A DNA stretch of 64,000 bases from a bacterium (GTDB taxonomy: Bacteria > Bacteroidota > Bacteroidia > Bacteroidales > Muribaculaceae). Positions 47,609 to 56,680 of the stretch are shown one piece after another (within the stretch, counting starts at the first letter, position 1; each line of letters opens with the position of its first letter). The notes under the pieces are model-generated. The model saw only the letters and a list, made by a program, of their open reading frames with translations, did not search any database and was not told the origin of the DNA. The DNA is taken from assembly GCA_004561555.1 (NCBI GenBank), contig SFVH01000003.1:2798-66797 (forward strand), written 5' to 3'. Made by a program: the position numbers and the translations under genes.

Positions 47609-48526
47609 TCATCTCATTAGTTTTGAGCGAGGGTGGCAATTCACCACTTCGCGACGCAAATATGAGCAATCGATATGCACATATATTTCGGTGGTGGAAA
47701 TGCTTTCATGGCCCAATAGTTGCTGAATGGCTCTGATATTGGCACCGCCTTCAAGCATATGTGTGGCAAAAGAATGTCGTAGAGAGTGGGGGCTAATATT
47801 CTTGTGGATGCCACACTGTTCACAAAGGTCTTTAACAATATAGAATATCATCACCCTCGACATCCCGGAGCCTCTACGATTGAGGAAGAGAATGTCTTCG
47901 GCATCGCTCTTGACATTCACATCTCCTCTGACAGCCAGATAGTCGCGTATGAGGGTAATAGCCGTCTCGGAGATAGGCACCAATCGCTGTTTGCTTCCTT
48001 TACCCTCTACCATAATATACTCTTCTTGAAGGAAAAGATTAGAGATGCGGAGACTCACCACCTCCGACACCCGCAGACCACAGCTATACATCACTTCCAC
48101 AATTGCGCGGTTGCGACATCCCTCATAAGTGGAAACATCGATAGCCGCTTCCATAGCATCAATTTCTTCGACGGTGAGAATATCAGGAAAATGCTTCCCC
48201 AACTTTGGCATTTTCAATAATGCTGCCGGATTGTCTTTCACCTTGCCTGTAATTTTCAAGAACGAAAAAAATGAGCGAATACCCGAAATGATACGGGCTT
48301 GAGTGCGAGCACTTATACCCAAATCGTAGAGTGTGGCGAGAAACTCATGTAGGTCGGCTTCTTCTATCTCTTCCGGACACCTATGACGGTCGGCAATGTA
48401 TTTCAACAACTTCAGAATATCGTCATTATAAGCCTCTACAGTATTGGCTGAGAGCCCTTTCTCCATCGAAAGCCATGCGTCAAACATCGCTATCAATTTC
48501 TCATAATTTTCGTTTTCAGAAGCCAT
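47609..48526 (-). CDS. xerD: Tyrosine site-specific recombinase XerD-like
   Basis: 305 aa with an SAM-like N-domain, the catalytic region HSLRHSFATHMLEGGANIRAIQQLLGHESISTTEIY, and aroQ as neighbour. Confidence 0.85.
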   Translation of the reverse strand: MASENENYEKLIAMFDAWLSMEKGLSANTVEAYNDDILKLLKYIADRHRCPEEIEEADLHEFLATLYDLGISARTQARIISGIRSFFSFLKITGKVKDNPAALLKMPKLGKHFPDILTVEEIDAMEAAIDVSTYEGCRNRAIVEVMYSCGLRVSEVVSLRISNLFLQEEYIMVEGKGSKQRLVPISETAITLIRDYLAVRGDVNVKSDAEDILFLNRRGSGMSRVMIFYIVKDLCEQCGIHKNISPHSLRHSFATHMLEGGANIRAIQQLLGHESISTTEIYVHIDCSYLRREVVNCHPRSKLMR

Positions 48527-48553
48527 ATTGCCAATGTTTCGGATAGAATTTAT

Positions 48554-48561
48554 TACTTTTG
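48554..48561 (+). promoter_or_regulatory. -7 box (TACTTTTG) for aroQ
   Basis: 43 nt before ATG 48604. It abuts the divergent xerD box. Confidence 0.45.
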
Positions 48562-48569
48562 CAAAGATA
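48562..48569 (-). promoter_or_regulatory. -7 box (TATCTTTG) for xerD
   Basis: Forward caaagata, 36 nt upstream of ATG 48526. Confidence 0.45.
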
Positions 48570-48603
48570 ACACTAACAACAAAAATTACGAAATCCGAAA
48601 GTG

Positions 48604-49026
48604 ATGAAAATACTTATTATCAACGGTCCGAACCTCAACTTGTTGGGGATACGAGAGAAGTCTATTTATGGCGACCAATCGTTTGACGATTATTTTAAAG
48701 CACTTCAAGAAGCTTATCCCGAAATAGAATTGCAATATTTTCAGAGCAATCATGAGGGTGCTCTAATCGACGAAATCCACGACAAAGGATTTACCGTGGA
48801 CGGAATAGTGCTTAATGCCGGAGCCTACACACATACATCAATAGCTCTTGGCGATGCCATCCGTGCCGTGAAGTCTCCTGTGATAGAAGTGCATATCTCA
48901 AATGTTCATACACGCGAAGAATATCGTCACCACTCAATGATTTCAGCGGCTTGTCGCGGAGTGATTGCCGGATTCGGTATGGATAGCTATCGCCTTGCCA
49001 TAGAAGCTCTAATCAATAAGAAATAA
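48604..49026 (+). CDS. aroQ: Type II 3-dehydroquinate dehydratase
   Basis: 140 aa with INGPNLNLLG.RE..IYG, NAGAYTHTS and EVHISN. Confidence 0.95.
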   Translation: MKILIINGPNLNLLGIREKSIYGDQSFDDYFKALQEAYPEIELQYFQSNHEGALIDEIHDKGFTVDGIVLNAGAYTHTSIALGDAIRAVKSPVIEVHISNVHTREEYRHHSMISAACRGVIAGFGMDSYRLAIEALINKK

Positions 49027-49032
49027 AGGCTG

Positions 49033-49674
49033 ATGACTGAACAACTGGAAGATTACATTCTTGCGCATATCGACAAAGAAGGCGACGTGTTGCGCCTCGT
49101 GAATCGCGACACCCACGTATATAACCTTCGTCCGCGTATGTGCTCCGGACATCTGCAAGGCAAATTGCTCAAGATGTTTGTCAGAATGATAAAGCCTCGC
49201 CGTGTACTTGAGCTCGGCACATTCACCGGCTATTCCGCTCTTGCTATGGCAGAAGGACTTGCTGAAGACGCAGAGCTACACACGGTGGAAATCGACGACG
49301 AACTCGAAGACTTTATTTGCGAGCATTTTGAAGCCTCTCCCCGACGTGAACAAATACATCTCCACATCGGAGATGCTGCAATGGTGGTGCCTCAACTTGG
49401 CGGACAATTCGACCTTGTATTTATCGATGCAAACAAGCGAAACTACTGCGACTATTATCACCTGGTGATGCCTTTAGTGCCTGTCGGGGGATTCATAATA
49501 GCCGACAATACCCTTTGGGATGGAAAAGTGGCAAACCTACCACAAAAAATCGACTCACAAACCGCCGGCATATTGGCTTTTAACGACCTGGTGGCTAACG
49601 ATGATAGAGTGGAGAAAGTTATTATCCCTATTCGCGATGGGCTGACGGTAATTCACAAGATTAAAAATTCATAA
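49033..49674 (+). CDS. Class I SAM-dependent O-methyltransferase (family 3, caffeoyl-CoA OMT-like)
   Basis: 213 aa with VLELGTFTGYSALAMA, FIDANKRNY and ADNTLW. Confidence 0.85.
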   Translation: MTEQLEDYILAHIDKEGDVLRLVNRDTHVYNLRPRMCSGHLQGKLLKMFVRMIKPRRVLELGTFTGYSALAMAEGLAEDAELHTVEIDDELEDFICEHFEASPRREQIHLHIGDAAMVVPQLGGQFDLVFIDANKRNYCDYYHLVMPLVPVGGFIIADNTLWDGKVANLPQKIDSQTAGILAFNDLVANDDRVEKVIIPIRDGLTVIHKIKNS

Positions 49675-49764
49675 TTATTACTATATTAGAGTTAAATATT
49701 GTGAATTTAATCAAACCGTTAATCAACGCAAAGAAGTATGTTTGCGAGATTGAGAAAAAATAAG

Positions 49765-49772
49765 TATATTTG
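49765..49772 (+). promoter_or_regulatory. -7 box (TATATTTG) for rimP-nusA-infB
   Basis: 68 nt before the rimP ATG 49840. Confidence 0.5.
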
Positions 49773-49780
49773 CACTTGGA

Positions 49781-49816
49781 AATGGGGAAGGCGGTAAGTC
49801 TTCTCCATTATTTTTA
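49781..49816 (+). terminator. Leader terminator-like hairpin between promoter and rimP
   Basis: AATGGGGAAG-gcggtaagt-CTTCTCCATT (10 bp, one G-U) followed by ATTTTTA. It starts about 9 nt after the -7 box. Confidence 0.5.
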
Positions 49817-49839
49817 ATCATATCTCAAAACATAACTAT

Positions 49840-50304
49840 ATGATTGACAAAATGCTGCTGGAGCAAGTGCTCACAAAGGGGATGGAAGGTACAGACCTCT
49901 TTATAGTAGACGTCACAATCGGTAAAGACAACAATATCGTTGTGGAAATCGACAGCGACACAAGCGTTGATATCGACGAATGTGTACGCCTCACACGATT
50001 GGTGGAGAGCCACTTTGACCGCGACAAGGAAGATTACGACCTGGAGATAGGTTCTGCCGGATTGACATCGCCGCTGAAAGTGGAGCGACAATATCACAAA
50101 AATATCGGCAACGAGGTGGAAGTGCTCACTGCCGATGGACGCAAGCTCAAAGGAGTGCTTAAAGCGGTAGATAGCGAAGGCTTCGTGCTCACCACAGAAC
50201 AGAAAGTGAAAAAAGAAGGACAGAAGCGGCCGGTGGTGGAAGCCGTCGACTCTACATTTAGATATGAAGAAATAAAATATACAAAATATATAATACAGTT
50301 TTAG
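49840..50304 (+). CDS. rimP: Ribosome maturation factor RimP
   Basis: 154 aa with EIGSAGLTSPL, positioned immediately upstream of nusA. Confidence 0.85.
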   Translation: MIDKMLLEQVLTKGMEGTDLFIVDVTIGKDNNIVVEIDSDTSVDIDECVRLTRLVESHFDRDKEDYDLEIGSAGLTSPLKVERQYHKNIGNEVEVLTADGRKLKGVLKAVDSEGFVLTTEQKVKKEGQKRPVVEAVDSTFRYEEIKYTKYIIQF

Positions 50305-50315
50305 TACAACTCACT

Positions 50316-51563
50316 ATGGCAAAAAAAGAAGAAACCATAAGCATGGTTGACAGCTTTGCAGAATTTAAAGAGCTGAAGAATATAGACAAGACCACAATGA
50401 TTAGCGTGCTTGAGGAGTCGTTTCGCAACGTGCTCGCCAAGATGTTCGGGTCCGACGAGAATTTCGTCGTAATCATGAATCCGGACAAGGGTGATTGCGA
50501 AATCTATCAAAACCTCGCAGTGGTGGAAGACGGTGCAGTGGAAAATCCCAGTATGCAAATTGGGCTCACCGAAGCTCGCGCTATTGACCCCGAATGTGAA
50601 ATTGGAGAAGAGGTGACCAAAGAAATTGTATTTGCCAAATTCGGTCGTCGCGCCATTCTCACACTCCGCCAAACTCTTGCCTCAAAGATTCTTGATCTTC
50701 AGAAAGATGCTTTGTACACCAAATTTAAGGCATTGGAAGGCGAAATAGTTTCCGGAGAAGTATATCAGATATGGAAACGCGAAGTGCTTGTGCTCGATGA
50801 AGACCATAATGAGCTGATACTACCCAAAGAAGAGCAAATACCGAGCGACCACTATCGCAAGGGCGAAACAGTGAGAGCGGTGGTTAAGGAAGTGCTCAAC
50901 ACCAACAACAATCCGAAGATTATCATCTCTCGTACCAGCCCGGAATTTCTCCGTCGTCTCTTTGAAATCGAAGTGCCGGAAATCCACGATGGCTTGATTC
51001 TTCTCAAAGGTATCGCTCGCATCCCCGGCGAGCGTGCGAAAATTGCTGTAGAGTCATACGACGACCGTATTGACCCGGTAGGAGCATGTGTGGGTGTTAA
51101 AGGCTCACGCATCCATGGTATCGTACGCGAATTGCGCAACGAAAACATCGACGTAATCAACTACACCTCCAATCCTGAGCTTTACATCCGTCGTGCACTC
51201 AGCCCGGCAAAGGTGTCGAGCATCCGCATCAACGAAGAAGAGAAATGTGCCGAAGTAATGCTCCATCCGGAGGAAGTATCATTGGCAATAGGTAAAGGGG
51301 GGTTAAACATCAAGCTTGCCACAATGCTCACCGGCTACCAAATCGACGTATATCGCTACACTGAAGACAGCGACGACATCTACCTCGACGAGTTTAGCGA
51401 CGAAATCGACGGATGGGTAATTACCGCCTTGAAGGGCATTGGTTGTACCACCGCAAAAGCAGTGCTCAACATGCCACGTCAGCAAATCATCGACAAAGCC
51501 GACCTCGAGGAAGACACTGTCGACCAAGTGCTTGAAATCCTCCGCTCTGAATTTGAGGACTAA
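50316..51563 (+). CDS. nusA: Transcription termination/antitermination factor NusA
   Basis: 415 aa with an S1 domain and two KH domains (RTSPEFLRRLFEIEVPEI, GACVGVKGSRI, AIGKGGLNIKLA). Confidence 0.95.
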   Translation: MAKKEETISMVDSFAEFKELKNIDKTTMISVLEESFRNVLAKMFGSDENFVVIMNPDKGDCEIYQNLAVVEDGAVENPSMQIGLTEARAIDPECEIGEEVTKEIVFAKFGRRAILTLRQTLASKILDLQKDALYTKFKALEGEIVSGEVYQIWKREVLVLDEDHNELILPKEEQIPSDHYRKGETVRAVVKEVLNTNNNPKIIISRTSPEFLRRLFEIEVPEIHDGLILLKGIARIPGERAKIAVESYDDRIDPVGACVGVKGSRIHGIVRELRNENIDVINYTSNPELYIRRALSPAKVSSIRINEEEKCAEVMLHPEEVSLAIGKGGLNIKLATMLTGYQIDVYRYTEDSDDIYLDEFSDEIDGWVITALKGIGCTTAKAVLNMPRQQIIDKADLEEDTVDQVLEILRSEFED

Positions 51564-51592
51564 ACAATTAAGAAAACGACTTAACTTACAAT

Positions 51593-54358
51593 ATGGCAAT
51601 AAAAATTAGTAAAGTAGCAAACGACCTTAATGTGGGAATTCCGACGCTGGTGGAATTTCTGCAAAAGAAGGGTCAAGAGGTGGGCGATGCGTCAAACCTC
51701 AATATGAGGATTAGCGACGAGCAATATGAGATGCTGGTCAGCGCATTTAAAAACGACAAAGACCTTAAATCGAAGTCGGAACGCTATGCCTCTGAGCGAC
51801 AAAAAGAAAAAGAGAAAGAAAAGGAGAAGTCGAAAGCCGAAGCAAAAAAGGCTGAGCCTATTAAGACTGCGACCGAAACTATCAATAAGCCGAAAATTAT
51901 TGGTAAGATAGATTTGGACCGCCACAACAATCCTATAAGCAAACCGACAGAAGCTCCCAAACCGGCAGTCGTAAAACCGGTGGAAGCTCCCAAACCGGCA
52001 GTTGTAAAACCGGCGGAAGCTCCCAAGCCTGTTGAAGAAAAGAATACTGTTGAAATATCGGCTGAGAAACAGGCTGAGAAACAGGCTGAGAAACAGAAAC
52101 CTGCTCAGGAACCTCAGAAGCCCACACAACAGGTGGTCGACTCCGAAACCAACGAGATAAAGACAGTGGTACAAAACATCTCCGGTCCGAAGATTGTGGG
52201 CAAGATTAATCTCGATGACCTCAACCAGCAGACGCGTCCAAAGAAAAAGACCAAAGAGGAAAAGCGCAAGGAACGCATCGCTAAGGAGAAACAAGCCGAT
52301 GTGGAAAAACGCAAACGCAAACGCATTGGCAAGGAGAAAGTGGACATCGAAAATTCAAGTCAGCAAGTGGGCAACACTCCTAAAAAAGATAAACCCAACA
52401 AAAATAAAAATGCTGATAAGCCTTCCGCAAAGGTTAAACGTCATATCAAGCCGGAAGTGAGCGAAGAAGATGTGCAAAAACAAGTGAAAGAAACTCTTGC
52501 TCGACTCACCAATAAGCCTCAAAAGAAGAGTGCAAAATGGCGTAAAGAAAAACGCGAAGCCTTTGAAGAGCGCGAACGCGAAGAGGCAGCTCTTGAAGCT
52601 AAAGAGAGCAAAATACTTCGTATCACTGAGTTTGTTACCGCCAACGACTTGGCATTAATGATGGACGTACCGGTAAACAAGGTTATTGCCACTTGTATGA
52701 ATATCGGCGTAATGGTGTCTATCAACCAGCGATTAGATGCCGAGACCATCAATATCGTTGCCGAAGAATTTGGTTTCAAGACAGAATATGTAAGTGCCGA
52801 AGTGTCGGAAGCTATCACCGAAGAAGTAGATACGGAAGAAGACCTCTTGCCGCGCCCACCTATTGTCACCGTGATGGGTCACGTAGACCATGGTAAGACG
52901 TCATTGCTCGACTACATCCGTAATGCCAACGTGATTGCCGGAGAAGCCGGAGGTATCACTCAGCACATCGGTGCATATAACGTGAAGCTTGACGATGGCC
53001 GTCGCATCACATTCCTCGATACTCCGGGTCACGAAGCGTTTACCGCTATGCGTGCTCGCGGTGCAAAAGTCACCGACATTGCCATCATCATTGTTGCTGC
53101 CGACGACAATGTGATGCCCCAAACAGTGGAAGCTATCAACCACGCATCAGCAGCTGGAGTACCTATTGTGTTTGCGATCAACAAGATAGACAAGCCCAAT
53201 GCCAATGTAGACAAAATCAAAGAGGAATTGGCAAACATGAATTATCTCGTGGAAGATTGGGGTGGCAAATATCAATCGCAAGAAATTTCTGCTAAGAAGG
53301 GTACCGGCGTAGAAGAACTTCTCGAGAAAGTGCTCCTTGAAGCTGAAATGCTTGACCTCAAGGCAAACCCCAATCGCAATGCTACCGGCTCTATTATCGA
53401 GTCGTCGCTTGACAAAGGTCGCGGATATGTGGCTACGGTGCTCGTGTCTAACGGCACACTTCGCGTGGGCGACATTATGGTGGCAGGCACCAGTTATGGC
53501 AAAATCCGTGCAATGTTCAACGAGCGCAACCAACGCATCGAAAAAGCCGGACCGGCAGCACCGGCATTAGTATTGGGATTGAACGGTGCTCCTACCGCAG
53601 GCGACACCTTCAACATCCTCTCCACCGACCGCGAAGCACGCGAGATAGCCAATCGTCGCGAACAGCTTCAACGCGAACTCAAGGAACGCACTCGTCGCAT
53701 GCCGGGTCTCGACGACATTGCACGTCGCCGTGCCTTGGGCGAATTCCATGAGCTTAACCTCATCGTCAAGGGTGACGTGGACGGCTCTATAGAAGCATTG
53801 AGCGACTCTCTCATCAAACTCTCCACCCCCGAGGTTCAAGTAAATGTTATCCACAAAGCTGTGGGAGCAATTTCGGAGAGCGATGTCACTCTTGCCGCCG
53901 CTTCCGATGCCGTAATCATCGGCTTCCAAGTGCGTCCGTCGGTAGCTGCCCGCAGATTAGCCGAAAACGATGGTGTGGATATCCGTCTATATTCAATCAT
54001 CTACGATGCCATCGAAGAGGTGAAAGATGCAATGGCGGGTATGTTGTCGCCGGAAGTGAAAGAAGAAGTGACCGGCACTGCCGAAGTGCTTCAGACCTAC
54101 AAGATTTCTCGTGTAGGCACTATTGCCGGATGTATGGTGCGCGAAGGCAAGATTAAGCGCACAAGTAAGGTGCGACTCATCCGCGACGGCATCGTCATCT
54201 ACACCGGCGAGCTTGGCTCATTGAAGCGCTTCAAAGACGATGTGAAAGAAGTTTCTTCGGGCTATGATTGCGGTCTTAATATCGCTAACTACAACGACAT
54301 TAAGGAAGGCGACATGGTTGAGGCTTACGAAGAGGTGGAAGTATCCAAAACTCTCTAA
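51593..54358 (+). CDS. infB: Translation initiation factor IF-2
   Basis: 921 aa with a low-complexity K/E/P/A N-region and the GTPase motifs [17 protein letters not shown] and NKID. Confidence 0.95.
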   Translation: MAIKISKVANDLNVGIPTLVEFLQKKGQEVGDASNLNMRISDEQYEMLVSAFKNDKDLKSKSERYASERQKEKEKEKEKSKAEAKKAEPIKTATETINKPKIIGKIDLDRHNNPISKPTEAPKPAVVKPVEAPKPAVVKPAEAPKPVEEKNTVEISAEKQAEKQAEKQKPAQEPQKPTQQVVDSETNEIKTVVQNISGPKIVGKINLDDLNQQTRPKKKTKEEKRKERIAKEKQADVEKRKRKRIGKEKVDIENSSQQVGNTPKKDKPNKNKNADKPSAKVKRHIKPEVSEEDVQKQVKETLARLTNKPQKKSAKWRKEKREAFEEREREEAALEAKESKILRITEFVTANDLALMMDVPVNKVIATCMNIGVMVSINQRLDAETINIVAEEFGFKTEYVSAEVSEAITEEVDTEEDLLPRPPIVTVMGHVDHGKTSLLDYIRNANVIAGEAGGITQHIGAYNVKLDDGRRITFLDTPGHEAFTAMRARGAKVTDIAIIIVAADDNVMPQTVEAINHASAAGVPIVFAINKIDKPNANVDKIKEELANMNYLVEDWGGKYQSQEISAKKGTGVEELLEKVLLEAEMLDLKANPNRNATGSIIESSLDKGRGYVATVLVSNGTLRVGDIMVAGTSYGKIRAMFNERNQRIEKAGPAAPALVLGLNGAPTAGDTFNILSTDREAREIANRREQLQRELKERTRRMPGLDDIARRRALGEFHELNLIVKGDVDGSIEALSDSLIKLSTPEVQVNVIHKAVGAISESDVTLAAASDAVIIGFQVRPSVAARRLAENDGVDIRLYSIIYDAIEEVKDAMAGMLSPEVKEEVTGTAEVLQTYKISRVGTIAGCMVREGKIKRTSKVRLIRDGIVIYTGELGSLKRFKDDVKEVSSGYDCGLNIANYNDIKEGDMVEAYEEVEVSKTL
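51950..52030 (+). repeat. 33-nt tandem repeat x2.5 inside infB ([11 protein letters not shown] units)
   Basis: gaagctcccaaaccggcagtYgtaaaaccggYg occurs at 51950..51982 and 51983..52015, with a partial third copy. Confidence 0.85.
52061..52096 (+). repeat. 12-nt perfect tandem repeat x3 inside infB (AEKQ x3)
   Basis: gctgagaaacag repeated three times without interruption. Confidence 0.9.
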
Positions 54359-54858
54359 TGCCTCGCATCGGCTTAAACATAGGGTCTAATCTCGGCAATC
54401 GTCTGCAGATAATTACCGATGCTGCCGAAAGAATTGCCCAACTACTGAATAGTGAGGTGCGGCTCTCGCATCCTTACGAATCAAAAGCTTGGGGTTATCA
54501 ATCAGATAACCCCTTTCTTAATGTAGCTATAGAAACAGAAACAGAGATACCGGCAGAAGAGCTGCTGAAGGTGCTACGCTCTATCGAAATAGCTCTCGGC
54601 AGCGGAGAGCATCGCAATGCCGACGGCAGTTATGCCGACCGCTTAGTGGATATCGACATCATATATTATGGAGATAGCATCATAAGTAGCGATACCCTTG
54701 TCACTCCTCATCCGAGAATGGAGCAACGGGAGTTTGTATTGGTGCCGCTATGTGAGTTGTCACCACAATGGAAACACCCTATAAGTGGACTCACAGCAGA
54801 GGAAATGCTCAAAAATTTGCAAAATGCGCCAAAGCGAACAACAATTATCCCGGTTTAG
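54358..54858 (+). CDS. folK: 2-amino-4-hydroxy-6-hydroxymethyldihydropteridine diphosphokinase
   Basis: 166 aa with GSNLGNR, RLVDIDIIYYG and TPHPRMEQREFVLVPL. Its start overlaps the infB stop (TAATG). Confidence 0.9.
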   Translation: MPRIGLNIGSNLGNRLQIITDAAERIAQLLNSEVRLSHPYESKAWGYQSDNPFLNVAIETETEIPAEELLKVLRSIEIALGSGEHRNADGSYADRLVDIDIIYYGDSIISSDTLVTPHPRMEQREFVLVPLCELSPQWKHPISGLTAEEMLKNLQNAPKRTTIIPV

Positions 54859-54931
54859 ACATTATTTAAGATGATGACGGTTGAGGAGTAATGAAATTTA
54901 TTGTAACTTCACGACCGAAAATAAGCGAAGA

Positions 54932-55915
54932 ATGAAGATTTCTACAATCGACCTTGGAGAGCAACCGGTGCTTCTTGCTCCGATGGAAGATGTCACCGAC
55001 CCATCATTCCGCCTTATCTGCAAAGAGCAGGGAGCGGATATGGTCTACACAGAGTTTGTGTCGAGCGATGCCCTTGTGCGTAACATCAATAGCACTACCC
55101 GCAAGCTACACACAAATGCCGCAGAGCGTCCGGTGGCAATACAAATCTACGGCAAGGAAGTGGAGCCGATGGTGGAAGCCGCCAAAATTGCCGAGGCTGC
55201 CGGTCCCGATGTGATTGACATCAATTTCGGATGCCCGGTGAAAAAGGTTGCTTCAAAAGGTGCCGGCGCAGGGATGCTCCGCAATGTTCCACTGATGCTT
55301 GAAATCACTCGTGCTGTAGTCAATGCCGTGCGTCTTCCGGTAACGGTGAAAACAAGGTTAGGATGGGATTGTGAAAACAAAATTATCACCACTCTCGCCG
55401 AACAGCTTCAAGATTGTGGCATTAAAGCACTAACCATCCATGGTCGTACACGTAGCCAGATGTATACCGGCGATGCCGATTGGTCGTTGATAGCAGAGGT
55501 AAAGCGAAATCCTCGCATTAATATCCCTATCATCGGCAATGGCGACGTTACCACCCCGGAAAGACTGAAAGAATGTTTTGAGCTTTATGGCGTGGATGCC
55601 GTGATGGTGGGAAGAGCTTCGATAGGTGCTCCATGGATATTCCGCGAAATGAAGCATTATCTCACCTATGGCGATAAACCTTTTATCAGCAATGCCGAAA
55701 AAATGGCGTTGCTCCGGCGACAGATTGCCGAAAGCATTGCAAATATTGATGAATATCGAGGCATCCTTCACATCCGACGTCACCTTGCTGCTTCGCCTTT
55801 ATTTAAAGGCATCCCTAACTTCCGCGACACTCGCATTGCTATGCTTCAAGCAAAGACTCGAAGCGAGCTCGAAGACATTTTAAATATGATTGAAGATAAA
55901 TATTTAACTATATAG
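54932..55915 (+). CDS. dusB: tRNA-dihydrouridine synthase (DusB-like)
   Basis: LLAPMEDVTDPSFRLIC, INFGCP, TIHGRT. The start was set at MKIST; the track ORF begins at 54881. Confidence 0.9.
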   Translation: MKISTIDLGEQPVLLAPMEDVTDPSFRLICKEQGADMVYTEFVSSDALVRNINSTTRKLHTNAAERPVAIQIYGKEVEPMVEAAKIAEAAGPDVIDINFGCPVKKVASKGAGAGMLRNVPLMLEITRAVVNAVRLPVTVKTRLGWDCENKIITTLAEQLQDCGIKALTIHGRTRSQMYTGDADWSLIAEVKRNPRINIPIIGNGDVTTPERLKECFELYGVDAVMVGRASIGAPWIFREMKHYLTYGDKPFISNAEKMALLRRQIAESIANIDEYRGILHIRRHLAASPLFKGIPNFRDTRIAMLQAKTRSELEDILNMIEDKYLTI

Positions 55916-55927
55916 ATAATCGAAAAG

Positions 55928-56671
55928 ATGAAAAGAAGTATTATAACTTTATTATCGGTAATGATTGCTTCTTTAATATGCATTCATGCTGAGAAATATG
56001 AAATCAAAGTAGGCGAGTTTAGCGAACTCGTGGTTAACGACAACATAAACGTGGTGTATGACAACATCGCCGATTCTGTGGGGTTTGTGCGTTTTGACAT
56101 CGAAAAAAAATACGCATCCTACATTATGGTTAATCGCTCCAAGGGAAAGCTCAAAATCCAGCTCGACCAACTCGCCATGGAGCTTGACAAACTTCCCACC
56201 GTGTATGTATATTCATCATATCTGTGCAAGGCTGTTAATGCCAAAGACAGCACCCTCACCATTCGCAATATCGCTCCGGGAGCTAAAATCGAAATAAAAC
56301 AGCAAAACAATGGCAAAATTTTTGTTTCCGGACTTGAAGCCGTAGATTTAAATATCAGTTTGGAAACAGGCAAAGGTTTGATTAACGCTTCGGGCAAATG
56401 CGACAATCTGTCGATAGGCAATCTTGGCACCGGAGTGGTGCAAGCGGATGAAGTCGTGGCTAAAAATGTAAGATGTTCGCTGCTTGGCACCGGCACTATA
56501 GGGTGCAATCCTAAAGAGGCACTCCATGTGAAGGGGTTAGGTTCCGGTAAGGTGTATTATCTCGGCACACCTACAATCACCAAAGCCAAACTATCGAACG
56601 TGAAAGTTATCAGTCTCAACAAAGAAGATGACGACGAAGAAATCCCCGAAATAGGGTCATCGGAAGAATAA
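55928..56671 (+). CDS. DUF2807 / head GIN-domain (putative adhesin head) protein
   Basis: 247 aa with a signal peptide and repeated beta-strand units ending in GLGSGKVYYLGTP. The tail is acidic. Confidence 0.65.
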   Translation: MKRSIITLLSVMIASLICIHAEKYEIKVGEFSELVVNDNINVVYDNIADSVGFVRFDIEKKYASYIMVNRSKGKLKIQLDQLAMELDKLPTVYVYSSYLCKAVNAKDSTLTIRNIAPGAKIEIKQQNNGKIFVSGLEAVDLNISLETGKGLINASGKCDNLSIGNLGTGVVQADEVVAKNVRCSLLGTGTIGCNPKEALHVKGLGSGKVYYLGTPTITKAKLSNVKVISLNKEDDDEEIPEIGSSEE

Positions 56672-56680
56672 GCTCACTCG

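Noticed and set aside
47609-48526. Tyrosine recombinase as a marker of an integrated mobile element
   Set aside because: The sequence and size fit housekeeping XerD. It sits next to aroQ, as is usual in Bacteroidota, and is flanked by trp and aro biosynthesis genes. There are no direct repeats, transposase, excisionase or cargo genes nearby.
51692-52460. Cluster of overlapping small ORFs and repeats that might suggest a CRISPR-like or minisatellite locus
   Set aside because: The repeats are contiguous (no spacers), in frame, and lie inside the IF-2 low-complexity linker. The ORFs are frame artefacts of that repeat region.
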